In this document: positions 28,758 to 32,000 of the stretch, piece after piece
Layout: every line of letters starts with the position of its first letter
Position numbering within the stretch: the first letter of the stretch is position 1
NCBI RefSeq assembly: GCF_006175985.1
Contig: NZ_SRSH01000009.1
Span: 90,719-122,718, forward strand
DNA: 32,000 nucleotides
From: Methylotetracoccus oryzae
Lineage (GTDB): Bacteria; Pseudomonadota; Gammaproteobacteria; Methylococcales; Methylococcaceae
Direction: 5' to 3'
The notes under the pieces: model-generated
What the model was told of the DNA's origin: nothing
Seen by the model: the letters and a program-made list of their open reading frames with translations, nothing else
Database searches by the model: none
Made by a program: the position numbers and the translations under genes

Positions 28758-29080
28758 CGTCAGTATTTTTTACACTCCCGGTGCCGGTGCACCAATCCTC
28801 CGTCGACAATGGGCTGTTTGTCGTCGCAGGCAAGGGGTTTATGAGTGTTGGTACGTCACATGCTTGTTCTTTGGGGTAGTCGTTTTCCGAGCGACAACCC
28901 GGATGGCTTGATCGCCATTCGCAGTAAGTCTCGCCGAGCGGCGCTTGTGGCATGGCGTCTGGACTGGAGCGTAAGCCCAGTTGATGCCCCTATCGAGCGC
29001 GGGCGGTGAAGTACAGCCGGGTGAAGACCGACTCGGGTCATTTACGTGAGCGCATATTGTCAATCGAGGTTACGCGACGC

Positions 29081-31549
29081 ATGAGTCATTCGATGGAAAG
29101 TGTTCAATTTCCCTTGCAATCGATGCGGTTATTTGCGGTTGTCCTGATGTCGTTGGGTGCGGCTTCGACGGCGTCCGCCACAACCTCGCTGGTCCGTACC
29201 GCGTACGACAGCATCATTGCCGATAGCACCGGCCAATGCCTTGATCTTGGGCGCGTAGCCGGCTCGCCCAGTGCTGTCGCGCAATGGGATTGCCAGGGTC
29301 AGACGGGGCAGCGCTGGACCATACAGCGCCGGTCCGGCGCCTCCGTGATCATTAATGCCAAGACGCGACGTTGCCTCGCAGTCGAGGGAGACAGCAGTGA
29401 TGCTGGCGCCTCTCTGGTTGAGGCCGCCTGCAACGTGCCCAGTCGCTTCTGGAACGTCTCGCCCTCGGGCAGCCGCTTGCAACTCGTTTCGCGGCAGAGC
29501 GGCCTTTGTGCGACGGTGCGTGGTGCGTCGCGTACGCGGGGGGCGGCCATGGAACTTCAGCCCTGCACCGATGTGTCGCACAAGCGCTTCGTCATCAGTC
29601 GAGGACTCGTGGCGCCGGAGACCTCGGTCCACCTGATCGGTCAGGAAAACGGCCTGTGTGCGGTTGTCCAGGGTGCGCAATTCGCGGCGGGAACGGCAGT
29701 CGTTCAGCAAGCCTGCGGCACGACCCTCAACACACAGTGGACATTGCAGCCGTATGGGGCGGGGGCGGCTGGAGCGTATCGGATTGTTGCCGGCCACAGC
29801 GGTTCCTGCCTGGCGGTCGATGTCGCGACGGATGGGGCAGGGATGCAGTCCGGCGCGCGACTCGTCCAGGTCGCCTGCACCGGTCAGCGAGCCGAACAGT
29901 GGCTGCTTCGCGCTCAGGTGTCTCGCTCGGCCTATCGGCTGGAATCCAATCTGAGTGGCCTTTGCCTCGACGTGGCTGAGGCGAGTCGCGCCAAAGGTGC
30001 TGCGCTGGTGCAAACGGCGTGCAGCAACGCGGCGCCGACGCAGAATTGGACTCTGGCCATCGCCAACCCGCGGGCCTCGTGGGGCAACCTGATCAATCTG
30101 CCGCTGGTGCCTGTGGCCGTGTCGAATCTCCCGGATGGCAGGGTTCTTGGCTGGTCTGCAGGGGCCGAGCTGTATTTCGAAGTGCCGGCTGCGGGCGAGC
30201 CTGCACAGACTCAGTCGGTGGTTATTGACCCCAGCACTGGCGACTGGTCCCAATACCGCGTATCGAACACCAACCACGACATGTTCTGCCCAGGAACCAG
30301 CAACTTGCCGGATGGCAGGCTCCTCGTGTCGGGCGGCAGTTCGAGCCGGCGCACCAGCATATTCAATCCCTTCGAGTCTCTGGCCGATCCGTGGATCCGG
30401 GGACGGCAGATGAACATCAACCGCGCTTATCAGGGCAACACGGTATTGTCGACCGGCGACGTGTTCACGCTGGGCGGATCGTGGAGCGGCGGGATCGGCA
30501 ACAAGACGGGCGAACTTTACTCGACCTCTGCCGACGCCTGGCGTTTGCTGTCTGGCGTGCCGCTGCCGGATACGTCGGACATCATCGGCCCCGATCTCGG
30601 CGGCACCTACCGGGGTGACAATCATGTCGCGTTGTTTGCGCAGCGCGATGGTTGGGTATTCCATGCCGGCCCGAGTGCCCAGATGCACTGGATCGACACG
30701 AAGAACGGCGGCAGCGTGTCGGCCGGGATTCCGCGCGGGGACGACACCTACAGTATTAATGGCAACTTCGTCCTGTACGAGGCCGGTGATGCGAGCCGCA
30801 TCCTGAAGCTTGGCGGCGCTCCCAATTATGATTCCGGTGACGCGTTCGACCGGGCCTATCAGATTGATATCAACCAGAGTCGCAACGTTGCCGTCAAGCG
30901 ACTGGCTCCGATGAATCACCCGCGTACCTTCTCCAACAGCGTGGTTTTGCCCAATGGTCAAGTCATCGTCGTGGGCGGGCAGAGTCGTGTTCGGCTGTTC
31001 TATGACGACGATGCCGTGTTCGAGACGGAACTTTGGGATCCGAAGACCCAGGTGTTCACCAAGCTGAATGCGCCGATTGCGGTAGCGCGCAACTATCACA
31101 GCGTAGCCCTGCTGTTGCAGGATGGGCGGGTACTTTCGGGCGGCAGTGGCCTGTGCGGTGTTAACGCCATGCAATCAACCGGTTGTCCTGGGAATCATCC
31201 GGACGTGCAAATCCTGACTCCCCCCTACTTGCTGAACGAGGATGGCTCGCTGGCAGATCGGCCGGTGATCAGCCAGGCGCCGGCAGTGGCGGCGTTGGGT
31301 GCCACCATCTCGGTCGATACCGACCGGCCGGTCAGTGAGTGGGCGATGGTACGCATGTCATCCACCACCCACACCGTCAACAACGACCAGCGGCGAGTCC
31401 TGCTGAGGCACACCAGTGCCGCGGTCAGAAATCGGTACAGGCTCGCCATTCCGGCAGAGAGCGGTACCGCTTTGCCGGGTTACTGGATGCTGTTCGCACT
31501 CGACGCGCGGGGTGTGCCGAGTGTGGCCAAGACCCTCCAAATCCAATGA
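29081..31549 (+). CDS. Secreted copper radical oxidase of the galactose oxidase type (AA5_2-like) with two N-terminal ricin-B (CBM13-type) lectin domains
   Basis: Signal peptide MRLFAVVLMSLGAASTASA. The start is ATG 29081 (GAGG 11 nt upstream) or ATG 29123; the track GTG at 29006 is unlikely. Six C..C..QxW-type subrepeats (QRW, RFW, KRF, TQW, EQW, QNW) form two beta-trefoils. The downstream motifs are collinear with my recollection of the Fusarium enzyme: WGNLINLPLVP; HDMFCPG (Cys, nt 30287-30289); NRAYQGN (Tyr, 30428-30430); GGSWSGG (Trp, 30482-30484); ARNYHSV (Tyr-His, 31094-31099); TTHTVNNDQRR (His, 31370-31372); and the C-terminal LPGYWMLF...GVPSVA. Confidence 0.88.
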   Translation: MSHSMESVQFPLQSMRLFAVVLMSLGAASTASATTSLVRTAYDSIIADSTGQCLDLGRVAGSPSAVAQWDCQGQTGQRWTIQRRSGASVIINAKTRRCLAVEGDSSDAGASLVEAACNVPSRFWNVSPSGSRLQLVSRQSGLCATVRGASRTRGAAMELQPCTDVSHKRFVISRGLVAPETSVHLIGQENGLCAVVQGAQFAAGTAVVQQACGTTLNTQWTLQPYGAGAAGAYRIVAGHSGSCLAVDVATDGAGMQSGARLVQVACTGQRAEQWLLRAQVSRSAYRLESNLSGLCLDVAEASRAKGAALVQTACSNAAPTQNWTLAIANPRASWGNLINLPLVPVAVSNLPDGRVLGWSAGAELYFEVPAAGEPAQTQSVVIDPSTGDWSQYRVSNTNHDMFCPGTSNLPDGRLLVSGGSSSRRTSIFNPFESLADPWIRGRQMNINRAYQGNTVLSTGDVFTLGGSWSGGIGNKTGELYSTSADAWRLLSGVPLPDTSDIIGPDLGGTYRGDNHVALFAQRDGWVFHAGPSAQMHWIDTKNGGSVSAGIPRGDDTYSINGNFVLYEAGDASRILKLGGAPNYDSGDAFDRAYQIDINQSRNVAVKRLAPMNHPRTFSNSVVLPNGQVIVVGGQSRVRLFYDDDAVFETELWDPKTQVFTKLNAPIAVARNYHSVALLLQDGRVLSGGSGLCGVNAMQSTGCPGNHPDVQILTPPYLLNEDGSLADRPVISQAPAVAALGATISVDTDRPVSEWAMVRMSSTTHTVNNDQRRVLLRHTSAAVRNRYRLAIPAESGTALPGYWMLFALDARGVPSVAKTLQIQ

Positions 31550-31585
31550 GGATTCCCGGCAGCCCCTAGACGCAGGCTTTTCCCG

Positions 31586-31612
31586 CGGCGGCGCTGGTGC
31601 TGTGCGCCGCCG
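31586..31612 (+). terminator. GC-rich hairpin 37 nt after the oxidase stop; possible terminator
   Basis: cggcggcgc (31586-31594) pairs with gcgccgccg (31604-31612) across a 9-nt loop. Followed by moderately T-rich tccgctgtctcgttgttgg, with no clean U-tract. Confidence 0.35.
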
Positions 31613-32000
31613 TCCGCTGTCTCGTTGTTGGTTGCCTGTCCTGCCTGGTCGATGGCAAGCAGGCAGCGGGTGTGCAGAGTCCGCGAGGCACTCTGCCTTC
31701 ACCGTTGCCCCGGGTACGGACGAGACTCGCTGAGGAGCAGGTACTTGCCCGCGAATTGCGGGCCGAAGCACGCATATGGAAAAGGTGGCTCTAGGGCGTG
31801 CCAACAAGAGGCGCTCGGTTGTCCCCTCACTCGATCGGCATGTCTTGCACTGTATTCGTCTCGGTGCACACGCGGGGCGCTCGGGCCGAATCGCTCCCAC
31901 TCACGCGCAGCGCGGATGTAGCTGATCATGGCTCTTTGACTTCCAGCGTGCCATTTGGGCTCTCACCGAATACCTCAGGCGCGTAAAGCGCCTCGACTCG

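Noticed and set aside
28754-29050. ACGT-core motifs (CTGACGTCAG at 28754, TACGTCA at 28852, TTACGTGA at 29042) as a possible repeated operator upstream of the oxidase
   Set aside because: Apart from the 10-bp palindrome, the shared core is only 4-6 nt, and that many occurrences are expected by chance in 600 nt. It does not match a bacterial operator consensus that I know.
29129-31174. 681-aa minus-strand ORF spanning most of the oxidase gene
   Set aside because: It is antisense to a gene with unambiguous family motifs. Its translation is Arg/Ala/Gly/Pro-rich low-complexity sequence, typical of shadow ORFs in GC-rich DNA.
31358-31900. 180-aa minus-strand ORF downstream of and overlapping the oxidase 3' end
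   Set aside because: It overlaps the oxidase C-terminus in antisense. Its translation is Arg/Pro/Cys-rich with no recognisable features.

Overview
GC-rich, tightly packed chromosomal segment. Its synteny looks like a non-enteric gammaproteobacterium: amgK-murU lies divergent from lptD-surA-pdxA-rsmA, and System I ccm genes are present. I support about 28 protein-coding genes. By eye I found no rRNA, tRNA, CRISPR array, transposase or integrase. Most of the window is housekeeping: cysG, mpl, apaG-apaH, ccmDEFGHI, thrC-hom-alaC, a di-haem cytochrome c peroxidase, amgK-murU plus a secreted GlcG-like protein, lptD-surA-pdxA-rsmA, an Lpp-like lipoprotein next to an L,D-transpeptidase, and a PGM1-type phosphoglucomutase. 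Many long ORFs in the track are antisense shadows or 5' over-extensions, as expected for GC-rich DNA. I re-set several starts by hand. The stand-out is at the right end. After the longest non-coding gap in the window (about 600 nt) lies a secreted protein with two ricin-type lectin trefoils fused to a galactose-oxidase-type copper radical oxidase. Every Cu ligand, the Cys-Tyr cofactor pair and the stacking Trp of the fungal enzyme are present in collinear motifs. I did not find a convincing multi-gene novel system such as a defence island. Secondary candidates are an orphan lipoprotein / secreted-protein pair (1952-3947), an ldt-lpp pair, and a ccm cluster that lacks ccmABC and sits directly behind thrC. 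All family assignments come from motif recognition by eye and from memory, not from database searches.
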